DNA of 39,414 nucleotides from a virus. Position 1 is the stretch's first letter; the number at the start of each line of letters is the position of its first letter. Both the position numbers and the translations under genes were made by a program. The stretch lies in IMG/VR virus record IMGVR_UViG_3300026557_000001; one strand, given 5' to 3'. The notes below the pieces were generated by a model. It was given only the letters and a program-made list of their open reading frames with translations. It made no database searches and was not told the DNA's origin. This document shows positions 1 through 7,831 of this stretch, one piece after another.

Positions 1-127
1 CTCCAATACCGCTTCCGCATCGCAGGAACCGTCCATTTCCACTACGCCTATAACCGTTTGATTCTTCGGGTCGTCACCTTCCGCGCTCCATCCGTGCGTG
101 CGCGCTCCAGAGACTCCCGGAATAAAT
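1..127. repeat. Terminal direct repeat, copy 1 (identical to 39288..39414); marks a circularly closed or terminally redundant genome
   Basis: Read directly: bases 1-127 (ctccaataccgcttccgcatcg...gactcccggaataaat) recur exactly as the last 127 bases of the window. Confidence 0.95.
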
Positions 128-180
128 GCTTGTCTGACGGGCAAATATCCTTTTGGACTGATGAAGAATATTTGCCTCAC
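1..180 (-). CDS. 5' part of a junction-spanning hypothetical virion-module gene (continues 39287 down to 39108; about 119 aa in total)
   Basis: The minus frame is open from GTG 180..178 down to base 1. That GTG overlaps the TGA of the upstream gene as GTGA, with GGGAGG 8 nt upstream. The frame matches ORF 39108..39329 once the repeat is collapsed, and none of the 60 codons read is a stop. Confidence 0.55.
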   Translation of the reverse strand, partial: MRQIFFISPKGYLPVRQAFIPGVSGARTHGWSAEGDDPKNQTVIGVVEMDGSCDAEAVLE

Positions 181-1034
181 AAGTATAGCCTCCCACCACC
201 GCCTCCTCCGCCACCGCCGCCTGAACCGCCACCCGAACCGCCCGATGGTGTGGAAGCCATCATCGCTGAAATACTGAGGGGAATATGTGTCCGTAAAGAC
301 TGCTGAGCATAGAGAGCTTGAGTGGCCGCGCTGTATGCGTAAGTGGGTGTGCCTATTCCTCCGGCGCTGACCCACTGGATGGATTTAAGCGTTTCGTCGT
401 AGTAAGGGAAAAACTGGTATGTCGTGCTGGCGATGAGTCCACTAATAAGTTGCGAACCGCTCGGCATTATAGTGGTCGTGCCATCAGAGCGGTAAATCGT
501 TATCGTAGCCCAACTCCAGGTGATCGAGGTCGTGGTGCTGGTATAGGTGAAATTCCCTGTGTTGCTGTATGGCGTGCTTCCTACGCTTCCCGACACGGTG
601 CCGCATTGCGCTGGCTGGGGAGTCGATTCGTTTCCAAAGGTATCCACTGAAGTAACCCAGTAGTAGTAGTTCAGCCCCGCAGCGGGAACGATGGTATCCG
701 TGAAAACGATGGCTCCTGTATTTGTCGGATCGTTCGGGAAAGTATGAACGAGATTGCGGCTGAAAACATTGAGGCTGTTGCGATAGACCCGGTAAGCTGA
801 AATGACGTTCGTTTGCCCTGGAGGAATCGCTACCTGGTTGAATGAAAACTGAAATCCCGTGGCCGTACCAACTAGCGGAGAAGCTATTGTCGGGCTTGGG
901 GGAAGAGTCGTGGGGCTGACAGCCAGTCCGGGAGATTGCGTCATTATGACCGGGGCGGTCATCTCGGAAACCGGCTTTGGAGACCGGATAGGACGAACAG
1001 GAATACTGTCAAGTGAGCCAAGGTCGAAAATCAT
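177..1034 (-). CDS. Tail-associated FN3-like beta-rich protein with a poly-Gly C-terminal tail
   Basis: 285-aa ORF. ATG 1034 overlaps the upstream stop (TGATG). It has a fibronectin-III-like stretch (YRVYRNS...YYYWVTSVDTFGNES) and the C-terminus GGSGGGSGGGGGGGGGGRLYL. It lies directly after the tail-tube genes. The function is positional only. Confidence 0.6.
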   Translation of the reverse strand: MIFDLGSLDSIPVRPIRSPKPVSEMTAPVIMTQSPGLAVSPTTLPPSPTIASPLVGTATGFQFSFNQVAIPPGQTNVISAYRVYRNSLNVFSRNLVHTFPNDPTNTGAIVFTDTIVPAAGLNYYYWVTSVDTFGNESTPQPAQCGTVSGSVGSTPYSNTGNFTYTSTTTSITWSWATITIYRSDGTTTIMPSGSQLISGLIASTTYQFFPYYDETLKSIQWVSAGGIGTPTYAYSAATQALYAQQSLRTHIPLSISAMMASTPSGGSGGGSGGGGGGGGGGRLYL

Positions 1035-2866
1035 CAGATAATTCCCATCGTCAGCACTTCACTAGGGAAATTCTCGGCAATGAAGCTGATCTTGACTTGC
1101 ATGTGCTGGATTTCCTGTGGGATAGGATTCCCCTGGGCGCTCGATCCTTGCTTCAGGTAATGCCGCATTGAGAAGAGAGACTGGCTTCCAGGAGGAATGT
1201 TCGGTGGCTCGGAAACGGGGTTTGGCAGATTGCAAAAACCGATTCCCGCTGAAGAGTTGATCTCGTTCGGCATGACCGCTACGGCTGGATAGTTCCCGAC
1301 TTTGGAAACGCTCAAAGTGACGGCCTCCACATTATTCTTGCTTCCCGGAGGGCCGATGATGATGCTGCCAACGGTAGATGAGCAGGTGTAAGTTCCGCCA
1401 TCGTCCGTCCAGTTTGCCGGGTTGCGCCCAGCGATGTATTTCGCCGCCGTGGTGCTTCCAAGTAAAAGAGTCCAGATAGCCGTGCTGGTTTCAATGCTCT
1501 TGATGACTCCCGCCCCCTGGACAGGGACAGCTTTCGGGGACCAGCATCCGAACGTCATGGAATAGCGGTAGATATTCGTTGCTCCATCGCTGACGAAAAA
1601 ACCCTCATCCTGCCCGCTGCGGTGGATGGCGATGCTTACGTTCGCCGCATTCATCAACGCGATTTGCTGGCGGATGGGCTGACCGATTTCCGCCAATGAA
1701 CTGCTGATCGTGAAGCATTGCCCGCGAGTCGTTACGAAGAAAATCAAATCCCCGTCTTGCGTGACGGCGTTGGGATTGGCAATTCCGAGATTGAACTGGA
1801 ACGGGTTGATGAAATAGATTCCGCCAGTCCCTGTTACTGCCCAGATCATGTCCCGAGTGAAGATGAGCAGTCCTTGCGAGGTCGGGGCGAAGCCCGTTAC
1901 CTGGATGGGGAGTTTGAAGAAATTTTTTGTCAGATTGAAAGATTGCTCGCCGACCCCAGTAGTGGTCTGCGGCCCTTGCGCCCAATAGACCATGTTCTTT
2001 GACGCTACCCAGGGGCGCCCATCGAACCAAGTAACCAGGCTAGCTCCGGCCGGGCAGGGAGCATTGTTAGGGGCGAACGGAGCCACAATCAGGTTGTTTA
2101 GGCTCGCATCCGGCAATGAATCCGTGTACGTGGAAGTTGTGTTGGCGACGGAAGCCAAAAAGTAGAATAGCCCTCCGCCATCGGCGGTTCTGAAAATCCA
2201 GATGGCGTTTACCTGCGGGTCCGCTGAAGCCGTGTAGCTGATGGAGAAGTTTTGATTTATCACGCATCCGGTATTCGCGCTTACCGGAGAAGCCGCCGAA
2301 ACATGTCCCGTAACCGTATTTACATAGCAATAAACGTACCGGAAGCCCGTCTGGGGGTTGAGCGTCCCTGCGCCGGGCGTGGCTACCGGAATGACCGACG
2401 GAGCAACGATGCCCCATTTACTCCACGTGGCGCCATTCCAGAAAAGCAGGTCCACGCCGTTGCAGTAGTAGGCATAATCGCCAACCCGTAGAAAGTCTCC
2501 CCGGCCAGCGCCTGCGCTCTTCGTTAAAACGGCGGTATTCATCGAAGTGCTGAAGTTGTAGACGTGGTTCGGAGTGTCGGCCAATGGATAGATGGTTCCC
2601 GAGGTGTTCTGGAAACTGAAGAAGTTTAGAGGGAAATCTCCTGCCCCGAAAGCCGTGCTGGAAAAGCGGGGATAAGCGGGGCGGCGAATCAGCGTCATAA
2701 TCGGGCTGATTTCCATGTCATGACCGTCAATCAGCGCATCCATGCGGGAAATGAACTGCAAACCCATCGCGCTCATGGGAGTGAATAGCGGCGAGCGCTG
2801 CGTCACGAGGCCGGTCATCCAGCGCTGAATCCAGATGCCCTGGGCCTCTACATTGCGGCCTAGCAC
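1034..2866 (-). CDS. Tail tubular protein B / nozzle-like protein (positional assignment)
   Basis: 610-aa ORF whose GTG start abuts the stop of the gp11-like gene. It is a large beta-rich protein in the position of T7 gp12. No motif was recognised with certainty. Confidence 0.5.
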   Translation of the reverse strand: MLGRNVEAQGIWIQRWMTGLVTQRSPLFTPMSAMGLQFISRMDALIDGHDMEISPIMTLIRRPAYPRFSSTAFGAGDFPLNFFSFQNTSGTIYPLADTPNHVYNFSTSMNTAVLTKSAGAGRGDFLRVGDYAYYCNGVDLLFWNGATWSKWGIVAPSVIPVATPGAGTLNPQTGFRYVYCYVNTVTGHVSAASPVSANTGCVINQNFSISYTASADPQVNAIWIFRTADGGGLFYFLASVANTTSTYTDSLPDASLNNLIVAPFAPNNAPCPAGASLVTWFDGRPWVASKNMVYWAQGPQTTTGVGEQSFNLTKNFFKLPIQVTGFAPTSQGLLIFTRDMIWAVTGTGGIYFINPFQFNLGIANPNAVTQDGDLIFFVTTRGQCFTISSSLAEIGQPIRQQIALMNAANVSIAIHRSGQDEGFFVSDGATNIYRYSMTFGCWSPKAVPVQGAGVIKSIETSTAIWTLLLGSTTAAKYIAGRNPANWTDDGGTYTCSSTVGSIIIGPPGSKNNVEAVTLSVSKVGNYPAVAVMPNEINSSAGIGFCNLPNPVSEPPNIPPGSQSLFSMRHYLKQGSSAQGNPIPQEIQHMQVKISFIAENFPSEVLTMGII

Positions 2867-3973
2867 CTAGAATCCACCCGTCCCATACCAGAAAGGCCCG
2901 TAGTCAATCAGCGAATCAAGCGGCTCAAGGAATACATTCGACTGTTCCGCCTGGTCCGAGCCTCTTTGCTTTTGTATCAATGCCTGCAAAATCTTGTATT
3001 CGTTGTCCGCCGAAGGAGAGCGGATATAGCGCATCGCGCGGTAAATCACCGCCTGGCTGATGAGCGCCGCCAAATTATCGGGCATTCCCCAGAATTGGTT
3101 GAGGCTCGTGAATACGACCGAAGGCTGCTGATAGATCAGATTCACAATCCACGTAACCGCTGCTGGGGCGTAGACGAATCTCACGAGAAGCACGCCGGTC
3201 CCAAAGTCTTTCATAACCGCCACTTGCTCCGGGTCGGCTAGTTTCGACCAACTGGGAAGGTTACGCATGGCCGAAAGATGCCGGACATTCATGGGAGAGG
3301 AATTATTGTTCAGCTCCATCATGGTAGCGCCCGTAAGCCAGCCGAAATTCGTGATGCCGGGAGCGCCCAGCACATCCGCATTGGCCTGGCCGCTTACCGC
3401 CGCGAAGGTGAAGCTGGTAGGTGTGGGAACGCCGGTGATGACGAATGGCCCAGGAGCGCCCCAAGCGGTTTTGTTGCCATCGTCCGTGAAGGTGGAATTG
3501 TACTTGACGGCGTTTCCCATCGTAGCCAGAAGTCCAAACAGGTAGACGCTGTTCCCGACAACGAAGCGATGAGGTTCGAGTGTCTTGACCGTTACGACTC
3601 CAGCCGCCACGGTCACGCCGTTGTTCGAAGCCAGATCGATCGAAGCCCCGCTCGAATTGACTCCCGTCGAGCCTCCCGATGGCGTGATGTTCATCGTGAA
3701 GGCCGAAGCTCCCGCGAACAGGTAATCCTGCTTCGACTGATAGATGATGAGCGGCAGACCCGTCGCTTGCGTCAAGCCAAGGGGTGCGCATAATTCGACG
3801 GAATTCCACTTCCAGTCGTTCTCATCGTTGATGATTTCCGAAGCCGCTTCCGTGCAAATGGACAGCGCTGGTTCATCTACGATGCCGCCCACACCACGCA
3901 AGGGCAGTAAATCCGTGTGCGTGGTGGCGTAATTGATGGTAGTGAGAAGTTTGATGGTGCTAGGAACGGACAT
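2867..3973 (-). CDS. Tail tubular protein A / adaptor-like protein (T7 gp11-like ends with a central insertion)
   Basis: 368 aa, with ATG overlapping the upstream stop (TGATG). The N-terminal segment (...AASEIINDENDWKWNSVEL) and C-terminal segment (FWGMPDNLAALISQAVIYRAMRYI) resemble the gp11 pattern from memory. Position fits. Confidence 0.45.
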   Translation of the reverse strand: MSVPSTIKLLTTINYATTHTDLLPLRGVGGIVDEPALSICTEAASEIINDENDWKWNSVELCAPLGLTQATGLPLIIYQSKQDYLFAGASAFTMNITPSGGSTGVNSSGASIDLASNNGVTVAAGVVTVKTLEPHRFVVGNSVYLFGLLATMGNAVKYNSTFTDDGNKTAWGAPGPFVITGVPTPTSFTFAAVSGQANADVLGAPGITNFGWLTGATMMELNNNSSPMNVRHLSAMRNLPSWSKLADPEQVAVMKDFGTGVLLVRFVYAPAAVTWIVNLIYQQPSVVFTSLNQFWGMPDNLAALISQAVIYRAMRYIRSPSADNEYKILQALIQKQRGSDQAEQSNVFLEPLDSLIDYGPFWYGTGGF

Positions 3974-4419
3974 CAGCCGATCATTTCACCCTGAATTTGC
4001 GCGCATTCCTGGAATAGTTTATTGAAGAGCGCGGTATTGAAAATTGCGTCGGGGTCGAGCTTTTTCCATTTCTGGTCATCGGGGCGCACGCGGCCCTGGC
4101 AGAGCTGGCACATGATATACCCCGCGCTGCCGGGGTAATCGTTGTCCTGGACGTGGACGCAATGCGTTCCCCCGCCCGCCTGCTTGCTGTGCTCATGAGA
4201 GCAGCCGTGCTCCTGGAACCAGCGGTCATTGGCTTTCTTTTTTAGAATGTCTTTGGCGGTGCTCTCGCGGAGCTCCTGGGCCATCTGGATTTCCGCCAGT
4301 TCCTGCTTCGTTGGCGGCGGCGGCGCGTTGGCGGCAGTAACGGCGGCGGAAACCGCCGAAACCACCAGATCCCGCAAATCATCTTTGGTCAGATTGACAG
4401 TTGCGTTTCCTTCATTCAT
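3973..4419 (-). CDS. Hypothetical Cys/His-rich protein (148 aa)
   Basis: The track ORF 3973..4659 overlaps the upstream gene. The internal ATG at 4419 forms an ATGA overlap with that gene's stop. The product MNEGNATVNL... contains HGCSHEH, HCVH and CQLCQ. Confidence 0.6.
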   Translation of the reverse strand: MNEGNATVNLTKDDLRDLVVSAVSAAVTAANAPPPPTKQELAEIQMAQELRESTAKDILKKKANDRWFQEHGCSHEHSKQAGGGTHCVHVQDNDYPGSAGYIMCQLCQGRVRPDDQKWKKLDPDAIFNTALFNKLFQECAQIQGEMIG

Positions 4420-5024
4420 TGCCTTGTCTCCTTGAGATACTGGCCTAATGTGAATTTTTTGTGCGGGGATTCCCGCCATTCGAGAGTTTTTTTCATCCAT
4501 ACGGTGTTCCTGGGGTCCAGCGCCGGATCGCCGAATTCCTTGACCGTATCGGCGTAGGATATTGCTCCAGCCAGCAGCAGCCCGATGAGAATCGTTCGCC
4601 AGCCGCGGATATGTTCTCGCGTGGCAATCAGGCTGGTGTCGATGTCCACGTAGCCCCATTCCGGGAGTTCTTCCTTGGGCATTCCGCCTACGTACTTGTT
4701 GAAGATGAAAAATACATCGGTCGAATACCCGCCATCGGTGAGGGCTTCATACAACTCGTCGGAGTTCCTTGGGTAGTACAAAGCGAGATTCCCAGGAGAA
4801 CCTTCTCTCGCGGTGAGTTGCGGGCAAATCTTTCTTAGCCGTTTCAGGAGTTCTGTGTGAGAAATACGAGCGCCTGCACTGCGCCCTTCTTTTTGGAGTT
4901 CTGCCTGGTCCTCGGTGATGTATCGAGATGCCAGTTTCAGGCATTGCTCGCGCAGCTTGATGACGTTTTCTCGCGGGTCGAGGTGCGAATCTCCCAGCAT
5001 GCGCTTGTCGGTTTCAAACAACAA
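4416..5024 (-). CDS. Hypothetical protein with one predicted transmembrane helix
   Basis: 202-aa ORF with a TTG start. Hydrophobic segment WRTILIGLLLAGAISY. Lies between the capsid and tail genes. Confidence 0.55.
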   Translation of the reverse strand: MLFETDKRMLGDSHLDPRENVIKLREQCLKLASRYITEDQAELQKEGRSAGARISHTELLKRLRKICPQLTAREGSPGNLALYYPRNSDELYEALTDGGYSTDVFFIFNKYVGGMPKEELPEWGYVDIDTSLIATREHIRGWRTILIGLLLAGAISYADTVKEFGDPALDPRNTVWMKKTLEWRESPHKKFTLGQYLKETRQ

Positions 5025-5364
5025 TCGCCGGTTCTCCTTTGCTGACAGACTCTATGTGGCCGTCCTTGTACACGGCGTCAAGAAGTTCCGCCTTGCCGAT
5101 GACCAGCACGGGCCTGCCCGTTCGTGTGGCGGTTTCCCGCGCAAGCGAGAGCGCTAGGAGTTCCGAATCCGCCCGCATCACCATCGGAGCGAAAATCCAG
5201 GCTATTTCAGCATCGTGCAGGTCCGTGATGATCACCGCCTGGCAGGGAGTGAGCGACAGCGCAGCCTCAACCGCATCTATGGTCTTGCGGTCGAGGCCAC
5301 GCGCCATCACGTAGAAAAGCGGGGACAATACCAGTTCAGGTAAGTTCTTTGGATTGTCCGCCAC
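5014..5364 (-). CDS. Hypothetical protein (116 aa)
   Basis: ORF in the operon frame with a GTG start. No motif recognised. Confidence 0.5.
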   Translation of the reverse strand: MADNPKNLPELVLSPLFYVMARGLDRKTIDAVEAALSLTPCQAVIITDLHDAEIAWIFAPMVMRADSELLALSLARETATRTGRPVLVIGKAELLDAVYKDGHIESVSKGEPAIVV

Positions 5365-5593
5365 GGGTCACGTTTCCTGTTGCCGTCAAGCTGCTGCTGA
5401 CCGTCCCGCCAAGCGTTGTCACTTTCTGCGAGACCATATCGCTGTTGAACTTGATGGTGGCTACCAGCGTTCCCGCTTCCGCGGTTTTCGGGGAACTGGA
5501 GCCAGTATTGGTCTGTCCGGGAAAGAAGTTCACTTCCGGAGTGATGTAGACGTTCCCGTTGGAGTAAATCAACAGATACATTGTTCCGGGCAT
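5336..5593 (-). CDS. Small Ser/Thr-rich protein downstream of the capsid gene (possible capsid accessory or decoration protein)
   Basis: 85 aa; ATG preceded by AAAGGAAAAAC. Composition GSSSPKT...GGTVSSSLTATGNVT. The function is a guess from position. Confidence 0.5.
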   Translation of the reverse strand: MPGTMYLLIYSNGNVYITPEVNFFPGQTNTGSSSPKTAEAGTLVATIKFNSDMVSQKVTTLGGTVSSSLTATGNVTRGGQSKELT

Positions 5594-5610
5594 GTTTTTC
5601 CTTTCAGGAA

Positions 5611-5626
5611 GGGGGCCGAAGCCCCC
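5611..5626 (-). terminator. GC hairpin immediately downstream of the major capsid gene (GGGGGC-TTCG-GCCCCC on the minus strand)
   Basis: Perfect 6-bp GC stem with a TTCG tetraloop, 7 nt after the capsid stop. It is followed by TTCC rather than a long U tract, so it could be a partial terminator or an mRNA stabiliser. Confidence 0.45.
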
Positions 5627-5632
5627 GCCCGT

Positions 5633-6628
5633 TCAGCCGATGCTCGACTCGATGCGGAAGCGCCGGAAGTGGTTGATGGAAGCGCTGGTGTCAGGAGAGG
5701 TAACTACCCCATAGAAGAAATTGTAAAAACTCGCGGCCGCAATGAGTCCGGCGACATCGATCGAATTACCCTGATCGTAGCGGCGCACGGTGACGCTGAA
5801 GTTTTTCTGGTTGAGGTTGGTGCGGCCCAGAGAACTCGCAATCATCGCCTGCCAGCCCACGATGTAGACGGCGTAGGCGTTCTTCGTGGTGGATTGCCAG
5901 TTGGCGATGGAAGTGGTGGCGTTGGACTCGTAGAATTCCACACCGCCGATGTTGCCGATGCGCTGGCCCTTGATGCCGGCCAGGGCGGGATTGTCTGGAG
6001 CCATCGTGTCGTTGTACTTCTGCAAGTCGAGAAATCCGCCGGCGGAAGCGTCGTTCACGGCGTCATAGGCGTTCAGCGAGTTCATGATGCCGAAGAACAA
6101 TCCGTTCTTTTTCGGCTTCACGTCCTTGCTGCGCAACTGCCATGCGCCCTTCCTGGCCAGCGCGGCGGTGAAGTACGTTCCGTCGTTCACGTCGATGTTG
6201 GCTACGGCATCGCCGTTGGCGGCGACATCGTAAGCAACCATCGTGACGTTATCGACGGAGAGCGCTCCGCGGTAGGCGAGAAGTGCCGAGCCTTCGGCAA
6301 CCGTGTCGCTGATAGCCGTCAGAACTACTTTGTTCGAGTAGCTGACGTAATCGGCGTAGTTGGCGAGGTTGATGGTCTTGGTCTGTTGCGTGAGCGACTG
6401 TCCGGCGGCGGGAGTGCCTTCCGTTACGGCTGTGGTGTTTGCGCCCAGCTTGAGATAGTTGAAAACCTGCATGGCCACACCGGACATGTCCGGCATAACT
6501 TTTAGTTCGCAACTTGGATAGAAAAACAGATTTGCTTGGAGCACGTCGAGGGACACCCGGTCGTAATAGACCGTAGGGTACCCCGCGAGTCCCGAGCTGA
6601 CTACCGATGCTGCTGTTGGTAGAGCCAA
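5633..6628 (-). CDS. Major capsid protein
   Basis: 331 aa, with a TTG start 5 nt after AAAGGAGAA. It directly follows the scaffold gene, and its size and composition are typical of HK97-fold capsid proteins. Confidence 0.8.
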   Translation of the reverse strand: MALPTAASVVSSGLAGYPTVYYDRVSLDVLQANLFFYPSCELKVMPDMSGVAMQVFNYLKLGANTTAVTEGTPAAGQSLTQQTKTINLANYADYVSYSNKVVLTAISDTVAEGSALLAYRGALSVDNVTMVAYDVAANGDAVANIDVNDGTYFTAALARKGAWQLRSKDVKPKKNGLFFGIMNSLNAYDAVNDASAGGFLDLQKYNDTMAPDNPALAGIKGQRIGNIGGVEFYESNATTSIANWQSTTKNAYAVYIVGWQAMIASSLGRTNLNQKNFSVTVRRYDQGNSIDVAGLIAAASFYNFFYGVVTSPDTSASINHFRRFRIESSIG

Positions 6629-6647
6629 GTCGATTCTCCTTTAGGGG

Positions 6648-7538
6648 TTAAGTCCGCGTCGCCATTTGCCTGTTAGCGAGCTTTTTCAACTCTTCTAATG
6701 GCATCTTGTACGCGTCCTCCTCAGTCGGTTCGGCCTTGGGCACAACCGGAGTTGCCCGGTTCTGCGTTCCGATGGTCGATACCTTCTTTGTCCTCTGCTG
6801 CGCCGGGGGCGCTGCGGGCCTCTCAATCCGAGCGGTTCCCGCAGTCTCCTCTTCCGCGACAGGGTGTGCTTCCTCGCCCTTCAAAGCGAGCAATCCGCTC
6901 TCTTTCAAGTGCAAGTATGCCTTTGCCAAATTTTCCGAAGTAACCGGAATCCGTAGTTCGGCCAGCTTCATCCTCATCAGCTTCCCGTTCTTGTCGCCAG
7001 CCTCGCCAGCATCCTCGTAATCGGGATGCATGGCCACGAAAGTCGATATGGCCTCGGTCGTCGAGGTCGCCGTCTTGTAGGCTTCCGCCGCCTGCTTCAT
7101 GGTCTGGAATTCTTCCGGCTTCATGCCGGTGACTTCCTCGAACATCTTGCGGAAAGTCGCCTTGGGCATCTTCGAGAATTCCTGCGCAAGAACGTATTCC
7201 TCGTCCGCCGTGGGTTCCTTGGGTTTTTCGCGTTCCGCGTTTTTGGCCCGCAAGTCACGGAGTTCGGCTTCCTGCGAGCGGATCTTGATGGTGGCGTTCT
7301 TCTGCGCTTCGGCGATCTTGTCGGAGAGAGCTTCGAGCGCTTCTTCTTTCGTAGCGCCTTCGGCCTCATAGACCTGCACGCCGGAACCGTCGCCCAGATC
7401 GATTTCCCGGCTGGCCATGAAAACTTCTGTCTCTTCCGGCTCCGGTTCGGGCTTTTTCTCTTCCTCTGGTTGAGCAGCCAGCAGCTTCAACTGTTCGGCG
7501 GGCATCTTTTCCATTTCTTCTACGGTATGTTTGGCCAT
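6648..7538 (-). CDS. Scaffolding protein
   Basis: 296 aa, highly charged and rich in Glu, Lys and Ala (helical composition). Located between portal and capsid. ATG overlaps the upstream stop (TGATG). Confidence 0.7.
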   Translation of the reverse strand: MAKHTVEEMEKMPAEQLKLLAAQPEEEKKPEPEPEETEVFMASREIDLGDGSGVQVYEAEGATKEEALEALSDKIAEAQKNATIKIRSQEAELRDLRAKNAEREKPKEPTADEEYVLAQEFSKMPKATFRKMFEEVTGMKPEEFQTMKQAAEAYKTATSTTEAISTFVAMHPDYEDAGEAGDKNGKLMRMKLAELRIPVTSENLAKAYLHLKESGLLALKGEEAHPVAEEETAGTARIERPAAPPAQQRTKKVSTIGTQNRATPVVPKAEPTEEDAYKMPLEELKKLANRQMATRT

Positions 7539-7831
7539 CAGTCTATCGCAACCTCCATAAACGTATCGGCGGGCTCTTCACCTGCCTTTATAAGTTCGAT
7601 CATTTGCAGCCATTGCGCCCAGAACTTTCTCGCTCCGCGCGCATCGTGACGGTAGGTCTTGGCTTTATCCTCGTCGTCTTCCTGCAAACTCTTTTGTTCC
7701 AGGGCGTACACGGTTTCTTCCGCCAGTTGTTTCATCACCAGCCAGCTATCGTCCGCGGTGATTCTAAGGAAGGCCCGTTTTACAGCGAGTTTTTGCTGTT
7801 CATTGCGAAACTCCACCGGTGCCTCCTTCAA
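7538..7831 (-). CDS. Hypothetical protein between portal and scaffold (probable start GTG 7816)
   Basis: The ORF is open from TTG 7831. AAGGAGG at 7822-7828 lies 5 nt before GTG 7816, which favours the shorter 92-aa form. Confidence 0.55.
   Translation of the reverse strand: MKEAPVEFRNEQQKLAVKRAFLRITADDSWLVMKQLAEETVYALEQKSLQEDDEDKAKTYRHDARGARKFWAQWLQMIELIKAGEEPADTFMEVAID

Noticed and set aside
1-127. The end repeats as LTRs or inverted repeats of a mobile element, or as proof of a biological DTR
   Set aside because: The repeats are direct, lie inside a coding frame, and are exactly 127 nt long, which is a standard assembler k-mer. No transposase or target-site duplication is present. A true DTR cannot be excluded but is not supported by sequence alone.
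58-306. 82-aa ORF with a PPPPPPPPPPPEPPPEPP run
   Set aside because: It is the antisense reading of the GGN tract that encodes the poly-Gly tail of 177..1034. There is no RBS, and it runs opposite to the surrounding operon.
5354-6505. 383-aa plus-strand ORF covering the capsid gene region. Similar long antisense ORFs occur at 7026..7649, 8712..9602, 10324..11670, 14566..15486 and 35291..35926.
   Set aside because: All lie antisense to genes with recognisable products (capsid, scaffold, portal, terminase, FkbM, ejection protein). Their Arg/Gly/His/Val-rich composition is typical of the mirror frame in GC-rich DNA. They also break the otherwise strict one-strand operon layout.
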